Virus record (IMG/VR): IMGVR_UViG_3300045988_173816
Span: 160,001 to 224,000 of that record
Reading direction: 5' to 3' (one strand)
DNA: 64,000 bases
Source of the DNA: a virus
Under the pieces are notes generated by a model. It saw only the letters and a list, made by a program, of their open reading frames with translations. It was not told where the DNA came from and did not search any database. Shown here in pieces: positions 36,007 to 43,987 of the stretch. Each line of letters starts with the position of its first letter. Within the stretch, counting starts at the first letter, position 1. Made by a program: the position numbers and the translations under genes.

Positions 36007-37323
36007 ATGGCAGAGAATTTTGCAACGAAATATAGGTCAAAAGATGTAGACCGCTATATTGGGAATGAATTGGCAGTTCAAAAGTTGCTAAATCGTTTCT
36101 CTTCAAAAGATGGTGAAGACTATCCAGCTTGTGTGATGATTTCAGGAGCAAGTGGGTGTGGGAAAACAACAATGGCTCGTATGTCTACGAAGTTGGTGTT
36201 GTGTGAAAATAAGCAACTTCGTAAGTGGAAGAACAGAGAGTACTTATTGCCTTGTAACCAATGTAAGATGTGTCAAGACTTAAATGAGTATATTGAGACG
36301 GCAGATGCTACTAAACTTTTCTCAGTAAAAGAATTAGACTCTTCTAAAACAGGGAATGTAGATGCAGTACGACAATTTGTAGAGTCTGCTTCTATGCCTA
36401 AACTCTTTGCAGGCTATTCTATTTTTATCTTTGACGAGTGTCATTTGATTTCTAAGATGGGTCAAGAAAGCATGTTGAAGTTTACTGAGGATGCTCCTCC
36501 TAAGTCTATCTTTTTCTTCTGTACAACAGACCCTCAAAAAATGTTAGAACCTTTGACAACTCGAATGGACTTGAAGATTGAGATTGAACTTCCAAGTGTC
36601 GCAGATAATGTGGAACTTATGAAATGGGTATCGACTGAGGAAGGTTTTGCTTTTGACAAACCAGCTTTAGAGTTAATTGCAGTTCGTTCAAATTGCGTCT
36701 TTCGTCAGTCATTGAAACAACTTGAGAATGTTTACCGTTCTTATGGTTCTGTACGTTATGATGATGTTGTTAAGGTTCTTGATGTAAATAAGCATAGAGG
36801 TTTATACTTTGACTTCTTAGATTTTCTAAGAACAAAGAACACGGTTCTTTATACAAAGACCGTACACACTGCTATGTTGGAAGTAGGGTTGAAGAATTTT
36901 GTTGAAGGTTTGAGAGAGTTTGTTAAACGGGGTCTTTACATTTCGTTAGGTCTTCATGTACTTGGTATAACAAAAGATGAGATTAAGTTATATAAAGACT
37001 TATTTGACAAGTTCAACAATGAAGAGATTTTGGCTTTGCTAGAGTTTTTGAATAACTTAGGTAGAGGTGATATAGAAACTCAACTGCTTTTATTGGGGTA
37101 TCGAGGTCTTTTAGCATCTCAACCTTCTCCTTCTTCTGTTTCTTCTGTAGGAGTTGAAGTCAATGAAATTAAAGGAAATGAGCGTGTGTTGGAAAGCAAA
37201 CAAATGTCTCAAAAGCATAAGGAAGATAAAGCAGCACACCATGAAAATACGGTTGTAAAAGCGCAGTTAGATTTAAAACCTATGTCTACTGATCAAATGG
37301 CAGATATGTTTGAAAGTTTATAA
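36007..37323 (+). CDS. DnaX-like (DNA polymerase III gamma/tau family) AAA+ clamp-loader ATPase
   Basis: N-terminus MAENFATKYRSKDVDRYIGN resembles DnaX (..YRKYRPQ.F..V.GQ). Walker A GASGCGKTT, Zn module CNQCKMCQDL, Walker B IFIFDECHLIS, sensor LTTRM. Confidence 0.8.
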   Translation: MAENFATKYRSKDVDRYIGNELAVQKLLNRFSSKDGEDYPACVMISGASGCGKTTMARMSTKLVLCENKQLRKWKNREYLLPCNQCKMCQDLNEYIETADATKLFSVKELDSSKTGNVDAVRQFVESASMPKLFAGYSIFIFDECHLISKMGQESMLKFTEDAPPKSIFFFCTTDPQKMLEPLTTRMDLKIEIELPSVADNVELMKWVSTEEGFAFDKPALELIAVRSNCVFRQSLKQLENVYRSYGSVRYDDVVKVLDVNKHRGLYFDFLDFLRTKNTVLYTKTVHTAMLEVGLKNFVEGLREFVKRGLYISLGLHVLGITKDEIKLYKDLFDKFNNEEILALLEFLNNLGRGDIETQLLLLGYRGLLASQPSPSSVSSVGVEVNEIKGNERVLESKQMSQKHKEDKAAHHENTVVKAQLDLKPMSTDQMADMFESL

Positions 37324-37349
37324 ACAATACAATAAAGTGAGGTACTTTT

Positions 37350-37616
37350 ATGTTAGAAAAAGTTTTAAAGCGCAGAGTTACGAAAGACTTTGCTGAGACG
37401 TATGAGGTTGTTCCTAGTCGGAACGGTTTTAGAGAATTTTATATTCTCTTTCCATGGGAAGAGCAAGACCCACTTATCGGTGATTACTTCACCTTAGTGA
37501 ACAAATTAGAGGAACAAAACATTTTATTTAGTGTCTACCCTATGCCTTCAGATAGACCTGAGGTCAAAGAACGCTTTTTGAAACATAGTCCGATTATTCG
37601 TGAGGTTATTTTATGA
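37350..37616 (+). CDS. 88-aa protein, paralogue family C (copy 1)
   Basis: MLEKVLKRRVTKDFAETYE... is collinear with the ORF at 38087-38353, at roughly 55-60% identity by eye. Confidence 0.8.
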   Translation: MLEKVLKRRVTKDFAETYEVVPSRNGFREFYILFPWEEQDPLIGDYFTLVNKLEEQNILFSVYPMPSDRPEVKERFLKHSPIIREVIL

Positions 37617-38050
37617 TAAATTTAGCAGAATTTCCTTCTTTGGGTTTAACTGATCTTGCAGTAAATGATTTAGCTTTGTTTTATGAGTTGGTTGATAATA
37701 AACTACTATTAAGAGTAAATCTATACTGGCTTTTGGAAATACAGGTTAAGAAATTAAATTCTGTTTATTTTCCTAATAAATTTAAGTCCTCTAAAGGTTC
37801 ACATAATGTTGTTGGTTCTATTTACTTGTTTAAGGATGTTGTACCTAACTTAGCAGAATTTATCCGTAGGTTAGATGTTGAGGAAAGTAACTTTCACGGT
37901 CGTTTGCAGGCTATACAAACTTTCAATTATGTCTCTGCAAGGTATTCTAGTGCATTAGAAGTGTTTCGAGCAGATTTACCCTTAGTTGAAGATTTATTCG
38001 AACTTTATTGGATTCTATCCAACCACCTAAGACAGTTAGGTTTTAGTTAA
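37613..38050 (+). CDS. hypothetical protein
   Basis: 145 aa. ATGA start/stop overlap with the upstream 88-aa gene. Confidence 0.75.
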   Translation: MINLAEFPSLGLTDLAVNDLALFYELVDNKLLLRVNLYWLLEIQVKKLNSVYFPNKFKSSKGSHNVVGSIYLFKDVVPNLAEFIRRLDVEESNFHGRLQAIQTFNYVSARYSSALEVFRADLPLVEDLFELYWILSNHLRQLGFS

Positions 38051-38086
38051 TTGAGTATTTACTAGAGTAGATGTGAGGGTGATTTT

Positions 38087-38353
38087 GTGTTAGAAAAAGT
38101 GTTGAAACGTAGAGTCACTAAGGACTTTGCTGAGACTTATGAGGCAGTCTCTTATAAAAAGGGGTATCGAGAGTTTTATATTGTCTACCCTATTGAGAAA
38201 GATGACCCTTTGTTGGTTGATTACTTTGACTTAGTGGATAGATTAGAAAAGAAACATATTATCTTTAGCGTTTATCCGATGCCTTCAGATAGACCAGAAA
38301 TTAAAGAACAGTTTTTAGCTAACAATCCAATAATCAAAGAAGTTATTTTATAA
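38087..38353 (+). CDS. 88-aa protein, paralogue family C (copy 2)
   Basis: GTG start after GTGAGGGTG. MLEKVLKRRVTKDFAETYE.. ..FSVYPMPSDRPEIKEQF. Confidence 0.8.
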   Translation: MLEKVLKRRVTKDFAETYEAVSYKKGYREFYIVYPIEKDDPLLVDYFDLVDRLEKKHIIFSVYPMPSDRPEIKEQFLANNPIIKEVIL

Positions 38354-38370
38354 AGAAAGCGAGAAAATAA

Positions 38371-38643
38371 ATGTCAAAAGAAGTTGTAGTATTTACAAAA
38401 CGCCCAGAAGATGGTGTTTGTCCTGGGTGTAAAATGTTGAAGCGTAAATTAGACGCAGAGGGTATCCCGTACAAGGAAATTCCTTACGACCCAAGCAATG
38501 AAGAACATGTTAGCATTGTTAAGGGTGCTAAATTTAGCGCACTTCCAGTAACTTTCCCAAATGGTTTGGAAGATCCTTCTTCTGCCTTTAGTGGATTCGC
38601 ACCTAATAAGGTAGCAGAAATCAAGCGTAGCTTGGCTTTATAA
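38371..38643 (+). CDS. NrdH/glutaredoxin-like redoxin
   Basis: VVVFTKRPEDGVCPGCKMLKRKLDAEGIPY: CxxC motif in a beta-alpha-beta glutaredoxin context. 90 aa. Confidence 0.7.
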   Translation: MSKEVVVFTKRPEDGVCPGCKMLKRKLDAEGIPYKEIPYDPSNEEHVSIVKGAKFSALPVTFPNGLEDPSSAFSGFAPNKVAEIKRSLAL

Positions 38644-38650
38644 CAAATGG

Positions 38651-38682
38651 CAAGAGGAGTTAGTATGCTTCTCTTGTTTTTT
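38651..38682 (+). terminator. intrinsic terminator
   Basis: CAAGAGGAG / CTTCTCTTG stem (one G-T pair), 8-nt loop, TTTTTT. Confidence 0.8.
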
Positions 38683-38694
38683 GTGAAGAAATGC

Positions 38695-38723
38695 TTGTCA
38701 AGTAAAACGATTTTTGGTAAAAT
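38695..38723 (+). promoter_or_regulatory. sigma-A-type promoter (extended -10)
   Basis: TTGTCA, 17 nt, TGgTAAAAT. Confidence 0.6.
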
Positions 38724-38754
38724 AAATAAAATGATGAGAAAGTAGGTACAAGTT

Positions 38755-39690
38755 TTGGGGAGAATTTCAGAGTTAGTCCTAAATACTCAGTTTAAGGGAA
38801 GAAGGTTTGCATTAGAGAGTATTGTCTTTCTGAATACGTTAGCTCTACTTCCTACAACTGCTTTTGCAAATACAGATTCATTAGGTGGGGTACCCGAAAC
38901 TTCCTCTTCGGTATCCGATGCAGTTGACACAACAAATACAATTACAAGAGAACAAGCCAATAACATTTTACAAAATGTTCGAGATGCAATTCCGGATGCT
39001 TCTAAAGATTCAGCTTTGGAGCATATTAACAAAGCAGTAAATACAAGCCGAGACTCAAGCTTTGATACAGCTATGCAGGCTTTGGCTCCAGTTGGTTATG
39101 GGTTGATGTTCTTAGCTAACTTCTTGTGGGGTTTGGCTACATTTGGTTATTTTTTCCAAACTTCGGTTGATGTTTTGTGTTTGGTATGGTCGGGTCCCCG
39201 CGAGTATTTCATGAACAAACCTCAGAGCCAAGATCAAGGGTTTAGTTTGAAAGGTTTCATTGGTTCTTTCTTCACTTTATCTTATGATGCTCGTCAAATT
39301 ATTGAGAGTGCAGGGTTAAGTACAGGTTCTCAACAAATGCAAGGTGCTGGTGGCATGGGTATGAATCGTGGTGGCATGGGAATGGGCGCTTCAATGGGTT
39401 CCCCTATGGGTGGCATGGGTTCTCCGATGGGGATGAATCGTGGTATGGGCATGGGTGGAATGAACCAAGGGATGCAGAATAAACCTATGGTTTCAACAGG
39501 TAACTTATTGAGTCGTTATGTGTCACTTCACATGAAAACTTTGGTTGCTTTAGGTGTTGCCTTTGTTATTTTTGGAACTTCGTTTGCAACTGAGTTCCAA
39601 GGTCAAGCGGTATCTTTGATTATTGCTTTGATTAAAGGTGCTTGGAATTTGATTTGGCAATTCTTCCAATTTATTTCAGGTAATAGCTAA
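38755..39690 (+). CDS. secreted or polytopic membrane protein with a Gly/Met-rich repeat region
   Basis: TTG start. Signal-like ..LALLPTTAFA. TM segments. GMGMNRGGMGMGASMGSPMGGMGSPMGMNRGMGMGGMNQGMQ low-complexity stretch. Confidence 0.7.
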   Translation: MGRISELVLNTQFKGRRFALESIVFLNTLALLPTTAFANTDSLGGVPETSSSVSDAVDTTNTITREQANNILQNVRDAIPDASKDSALEHINKAVNTSRDSSFDTAMQALAPVGYGLMFLANFLWGLATFGYFFQTSVDVLCLVWSGPREYFMNKPQSQDQGFSLKGFIGSFFTLSYDARQIIESAGLSTGSQQMQGAGGMGMNRGGMGMGASMGSPMGGMGSPMGMNRGMGMGGMNQGMQNKPMVSTGNLLSRYVSLHMKTLVALGVAFVIFGTSFATEFQGQAVSLIIALIKGAWNLIWQFFQFISGNS

Positions 39691-39701
39691 GAGGTAAAAT
39701 T

Positions 39702-39998
39702 ATGGCATTCTTAGACTTAAAAGTTTTCAATAACTTGAAGAATAAAGGTGATGCTAGGTATAGCAGTCACCACGTCCACTTAATGAAACGAAGACTTGAA
39801 GCTGATTTATTGGAGTTAGCAGAGAAGACTTTAAAAGGTCGTGTGACTCATTGTTGTGTTGAGGTTTCTGAGAGAGACTTACCTTTAATGTTAGAGGTTC
39901 TATCGAGTAGTAAGATTCAGTCTCGGTTGCAGTTTCAACAATTAGAAGTACCTACTCAGTTTTTAATTGGCTTTAGAAGTTTGGATGTTTTTAGTTAA
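39702..39998 (+). CDS. hypothetical protein
   Basis: 98 aa with AGAGGT RBS. Confidence 0.7.
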   Translation: MAFLDLKVFNNLKNKGDARYSSHHVHLMKRRLEADLLELAEKTLKGRVTHCCVEVSERDLPLMLEVLSSSKIQSRLQFQQLEVPTQFLIGFRSLDVFS

Positions 39999-40028
39999 GT
40001 TTAGTAGTTTAGATGATTGAGGTATTGT

Positions 40029-40511
40029 ATGGGTGCAAAAACTCGATTACCTTATGTTGAGGTGATTCGTGAAGTTAGTAAACAATTACACTTGAAGTAT
40101 GAAACAGTTGAAAACATTGTTTCCTACTATCGAGAAGTTTGCTTTGATTCAATTACCAAAGGGTATTCTTTCGATGTGTTTGAGGGTTTATTTCTAAAGG
40201 TAACAAGTCAAGATGAGCAAACTCGCAAGGTTTTACCTCAGACTTATTTGTTAAAACGTGTGAGTGAGTCTTTAGATTTATCGCTCACAGTTGTGCAGTC
40301 GGTACTACAAAAGTTCCAAGAGTTAACTTATCAAGAAGTTGCAAAAGGTTCAGCGGTATCCTACATCAACTTAGTTTCTTTTAACCCAAGAGCTACTAGG
40401 TCTTGGAATAAAGTGAAGGTTGGTTCAGCAGTTTTAACACTTAAGAAAGAGGTTGGAGTACAAGTTCGCTTGGTGTGTACTAAGGAATTTAAAGAATTGG
40501 TGGGTAAATAG
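40029..40511 (+). CDS. possible tandem HU/IHF-like DNA-binding protein (tentative)
   Basis: ATG 40029 follows GAGGT. Two halves (..YVEVIREVSKQLHLKYETVENIVSYYREV.. and ..LLKRVSESLDLSLTVVQSVLQKFQEL..KGSAV) resemble the HU N-terminal helix-turn-helix arm pattern. Confidence 0.7.
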   Translation: MGAKTRLPYVEVIREVSKQLHLKYETVENIVSYYREVCFDSITKGYSFDVFEGLFLKVTSQDEQTRKVLPQTYLLKRVSESLDLSLTVVQSVLQKFQELTYQEVAKGSAVSYINLVSFNPRATRSWNKVKVGSAVLTLKKEVGVQVRLVCTKEFKELVGK

Positions 40512-40514
40512 CCA

Positions 40515-40660
40515 ATGGAAGGTAAAACTCACAGATTAGGTGGTACGGTGTGTGCAATGGCGGGTTTCATAACCTTGAAGGACTCAGGTTACTTGATTCA
40601 GAGTGATTTGATTTCTCCAGCGTTACAGTTTCTAGTCATTTACACAGCGGGGATTTATGG
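40515..40660 (+). CDS. 5' exon of a split YdjM/DUF457-like membrane metal-hydrolase gene
   Basis: MEGKTHRLGGTVCAMAGF... is the typical family N-terminus (M.GKTH..GG). The unspliced frame stops at TAA 40662-40664. Confidence 0.7.
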
Positions 40661-41250
40661 GTAACGAACCTGTTACAATAAATTTATAAAAATGTATAAG
40701 AACATAGAAAAATTTATATAGAACAGAACGCCCTTCGTATCTAGTGATAGGTGCGAACTCAACGTTAAATGCTTTGAACTCCTAAAGCCTTGTAGCCTAA
40801 ACAGTAGATGGAAACGTCAAGCTGAGTGGAACGAAAGTAGAAAAAAGTACAAGGATAGCATAAGGTGAAATAAAAGCTAATCAGTGCTTAAGTGAATAAA
40901 ATAGTGACCCTTAAGAAACGTTAGTCCTACGTGCAGTAATAATGGATGTTTAGCAGGGAAAGTCCTACGGTCATAAGACTATGGAAGACCTCCAACGACT
41001 ATCTCCTAGAGGGAGAGTAAAACCGCAAGCTAATGGCGGAGGAAAAATGTTGCACCTAATTTTGATTAGGTGAAGATATAGTCTGCGCTCATGTGAAAGC
41101 ATGAGAGGTCTGCTGGTGACAGTAAGACTGCATCAAGGGTTGCGCCTTGGTGTGAACAAGAAAAATACAGATTTTTAGAAAACTTTTATATTTTTACTTT
41201 ACAAAATACCTTCAGTATGATAAACTTAATGTAAGAATTAAGTGAGGTGT
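40661..41250 (+). ncRNA. group I intron ribozyme core (5' part of the IStron)
   Basis: Matches to classical elements: P-like GCAGGGAAAG (40953-40962), R-like TCCAACGACTATCT (40991-41004), S-like AAGATATAGTCT (41073-41084). GACTAT/ATAGTC can pair as P7. Hairpins at 41002-41016, 41023-41039, 41053-41072 and 41088-41105. Confidence 0.65.
41198..41226 (+). promoter_or_regulatory. possible internal promoter for tnpA
   Basis: TTTACA, 17 nt, TGaTAAACT. Confidence 0.4.
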
Positions 41251-41254
41251 ACTT

Positions 41255-41881
41255 ATGGTATTGATGTCTATAGGAAAATTTGCGAAGGAGTTAGGTGTTA
41301 CGCCTGAACATGTTCGCACAATGCACAGAACAGGTGAGGTAATCCCTGCTCGTATTTCAGAAAAAGGAACTAGATATTACTCTGAGGATCAACTAAGAGA
41401 GTTGAAAAACACTCAGTTTTCTCAAAGAGAAGAAAAAGTAGTAGCTTATTGCAGAGTTTCTAATAAGTCACAAAAAGATGATTTGGAGAAACAAGTTGAG
41501 AACGTAAAAGCGTATATGTGCGCTAAAGGTTACTCATTTGAAGTTATTACAGATATTGGTTCCGGTATCAATTATAAAAATAAAGGTTTGCAAGAGTTGA
41601 TTTCTTTAATTGATTCAAACCAAGTTACTAAAATTGTTATTCTTTATAAGGATAGATTAGTACGATTTGGTTTTGAGTTGATTCAATTACTTTGTGAATT
41701 GCATGATGCTGAAATTGAAATCATTGACAATTCAAAGTATAGTAAAGATGAAGAATTAACTGAGGATTTAATTCAAATTGTTACACTATTTGCAAATAGA
41801 CTTTATGGTTCACGGTCTAAAAAGACTAAGACACTAATTGAGAGGGTTTCTGATGTTACGAGGAATGAAAATCGCACTTGA
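41255..41881 (+). CDS. tnpA: IS607-family serine recombinase transposase TnpA
   Basis: MerR-like HTH (IGKFAKELGVTPEHVRTMHRTGEV..GTRYY) plus resolvase catalytic motif VVAYCRVSNKSQKDDLEKQ. Confidence 0.9.
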   Translation: MVLMSIGKFAKELGVTPEHVRTMHRTGEVIPARISEKGTRYYSEDQLRELKNTQFSQREEKVVAYCRVSNKSQKDDLEKQVENVKAYMCAKGYSFEVITDIGSGINYKNKGLQELISLIDSNQVTKIVILYKDRLVRFGFELIQLLCELHDAEIEIIDNSKYSKDEELTEDLIQIVTLFANRLYGSRSKKTKTLIERVSDVTRNENRT

Positions 41882-43040
41882 TTTAACTGGTGAGCAAGAA
41901 CAACAGATGTGGAAGTCTGTAGGGGTTGCTCGTTGGTCATATAACTACGCTATAACTAGATGTAAAGAACAATATTTAAAACACTTAAAAAATCCTACTT
42001 TACCTAAAACATTAACCGCAGGTGAAATTTTAAAAGAGTTGACTGTATTGAAGAGGACAACCCATCCTTGGTTGAAAGAGGTTGGTTCTAATGTTGTCAA
42101 ACAAGCAGTTAAAGATTGGAACGATGCTCGTAATCGGTTCTTTAAGGGGTTAGGTAAGGCTCCAAACTATAAATCTAAGAACAACTCTAAACCTAGCTTT
42201 TATGTAAACTATGAGACTTTAAGAAGAGTAAGTGGTGGTTTTAGAGGTGAGAAGTTAGGTTTTATAAAAACCACCCAACCTCTACCTAAAATACCAAAAG
42301 GAACTCATTACAAAAACCCAAGAATTTCTTTTGATGGAAAATTTTGGTATTTGTCTGTTTCTTATGAAGTTCAAGAGGTTTCAGTAGAGTTGACAGATTT
42401 AGTTATAGGTGTAGATTTAGGGATAAACACTTTAGCAACATTATCTACAGGTGAATTTATTGGGAACATCAATAAAAGTCGCAGAGTAAAACAGTTGGAG
42501 AAACAATTACGACGGGAACAACGTCACCTTGCGCGTCAGTTGCAAGCCAACACCAAAGGGTATCTCACAACTGAAAACGGTGGTAGAAAGCCGATTTATA
42601 AGCGACCTTTAGAGTTATGTTCTAATATTCAAGAAACCAAACGTAAGATTAAATTGCTATACCGTAAATTATCATCCATTCGTTTGAATCATATTCACCA
42701 ACTAACTTCTTATCTTGTAAACCAATTACCAAAAGGCATTGTAATTGAAGATTTGAATGTTAGAGGGATGATGAAAAACAGACACTTAGCGAAACACATT
42801 CAAAATGCAATGTTCTACGAAATTCGTAGACAGTTAGAATATAAGTGTTTACAGTACGGTATCTATTTAGTTGTTGCAGATCGTTTTTATCCTAGTTCTA
42901 AAACGTGCAGTTATTGTGGTAATATTAAGTCTGATTTGAAATTAAAGGACAGAGTTTACAAATGTGGCTCTTGTGGTTTAAAGAAAGATAGAGACTTAAA
43001 TGCAGCGGAAAATTTAGCTTATTATTTCTATAGAGGTTAA
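41853..43040 (+). CDS. tnpB: TnpB RuvC-like RNA-guided nuclease (IS607 OrfB)
   Basis: Overlaps the tnpA 3' end. RuvC motifs IGVDLGIN, VIEDLNVRGM, DRDLNAAENL. Zn finger CSYCG..CGSCG. Start is ATG 41853 or 41865; the track gives 41838. Confidence 0.9.
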   Translation: MLRGMKIALDLTGEQEQQMWKSVGVARWSYNYAITRCKEQYLKHLKNPTLPKTLTAGEILKELTVLKRTTHPWLKEVGSNVVKQAVKDWNDARNRFFKGLGKAPNYKSKNNSKPSFYVNYETLRRVSGGFRGEKLGFIKTTQPLPKIPKGTHYKNPRISFDGKFWYLSVSYEVQEVSVELTDLVIGVDLGINTLATLSTGEFIGNINKSRRVKQLEKQLRREQRHLARQLQANTKGYLTTENGGRKPIYKRPLELCSNIQETKRKIKLLYRKLSSIRLNHIHQLTSYLVNQLPKGIVIEDLNVRGMMKNRHLAKHIQNAMFYEIRRQLEYKCLQYGIYLVVADRFYPSSKTCSYCGNIKSDLKLKDRVYKCGSCGLKKDRDLNAAENLAYYFYRG

Positions 43041-43258
43041 TACCTTATGTACCCATCGCTACTGGGGAATTTAAGCCTATTGAGTGTTATATCAAATGAT
43101 AGTAGACACATGAGCTTTGCTCATGTGTCGAGGTCAGACACGTTGATGTAGGAAGTGAAAAACGAAACGGATAAGTCTATAAGTTTAAAACTTATAGCAA
43201 CATGAGTTTTCACAAAGTAAAGATATAGGTGTAAAAATCTATATTTTTCGTAGCGGGG
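43041..43258 (+). ncRNA. putative omegaRNA scaffold / IStron 3' end
   Basis: About 220 nt non-coding with hairpins (e.g. GACACATGAGC-TTT-GCTCATGTGTC at about 43105-43129; TATAAGTTTAAAACTTATA). Ends ..GTAGCGGGG at the exon junction. Confidence 0.45.
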
Positions 43259-43832
43259 TATGTGGTCGGATAATGACCATCATTGGGAGTCGAGTCCTTT
43301 AAAAGACCCAGCTTCTTGGTTACAGAATAAGCTTTTGCACATAGCAAATAGTCCGTACAAGAGGTTGGATGAGCGATTAAGTAGCAAACAGAAGAAAAAC
43401 TCTGTTCTGTATAAAACTTTGAAATTCATGAGGTGTATCCATCGGTCGTGGCAAACACATAGCGAGTTCACACTTCTCATGATATTGTGGTTGATGTTCA
43501 GCCCAACTTTCTTAGGATTTACAGGTAGGTTTGACCCTCTGTTATGGTTACTAATAGTCACAGGGTTTGGACTTGGAGTGATTTCCCATTTAGTGTTAGA
43601 TATGTTGACTACGGAGGGAATACGTTTCGCTCTTGGTGTTTTCATCAAAATATTCTTTCCGAACATTCCTATGTTCACAACTATTCGCTTGGTTCCCGGT
43701 ATCTCAGCCTTTAAAACAGGTTCTGAGTGGGAAATGGCAATTAGAAAAGCCTTATCTATCATACAATATGGTATGTTAGTTTTGGTATTGTTGGACTTAG
43801 GTGGCATATCTGTGTTACATTATTTTAGTTGA
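43259..43832 (+). CDS. 3' exon of the split YdjM/DUF457-like membrane metal-hydrolase gene
   Basis: WSDNDHH (compare LLPDIDH), IHRSWQTHS (compare GHRGFTHS) and ISHLVLDMLTTEG (compare LSHILADMLTPAG) of E. coli YdjM, plus multiple TM segments. Confidence 0.75.
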
Positions 43833-43987
43833 GGGTGCATGTGCATACTTCAAACCGTTGTCTTATTGTTATTGGCAGTAGCAATAAGAGAGCAGAACGA
43901 AAATATTTCGTATTGTAGTAGGATAAACTAATAAAAATATAAGGTAAAGTTGCTCCAACAACTTTATACAAGATTTGAGGTTTATCT

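Larger units (their letters stand above)
40661..43258 (+). mobile_element. IS607-type IStron (group I intron core plus tnpA plus tnpB plus omegaRNA region)
   Basis: A 2.6-kb insert separates two halves of one gene. GG dinucleotides occur at both junctions. Deleting 40661-43258 restores the frame (..TAGIYG-MWSDNDHH..). Exact ends are ambiguous within 2-4 nt. Confidence 0.7.

Noticed and set aside
43280-43807. 175-aa minus-strand ORF
   Set aside because: It is antisense to the ydjM-like 3' exon, whose + frame carries the family motifs (HRSWQTHS, SHLVLDMLT).
43833-43987. Inverted repeats between the ydjM-like gene and the first T4SS gene (TCTTATTG...CAATAAGA; ACGAAAATATTTCGT), considered as oriT
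   Set aside because: The stems are short, I recognise no nick-site consensus, and no relaxase gene lies nearby in this window. This cannot be supported from sequence alone.
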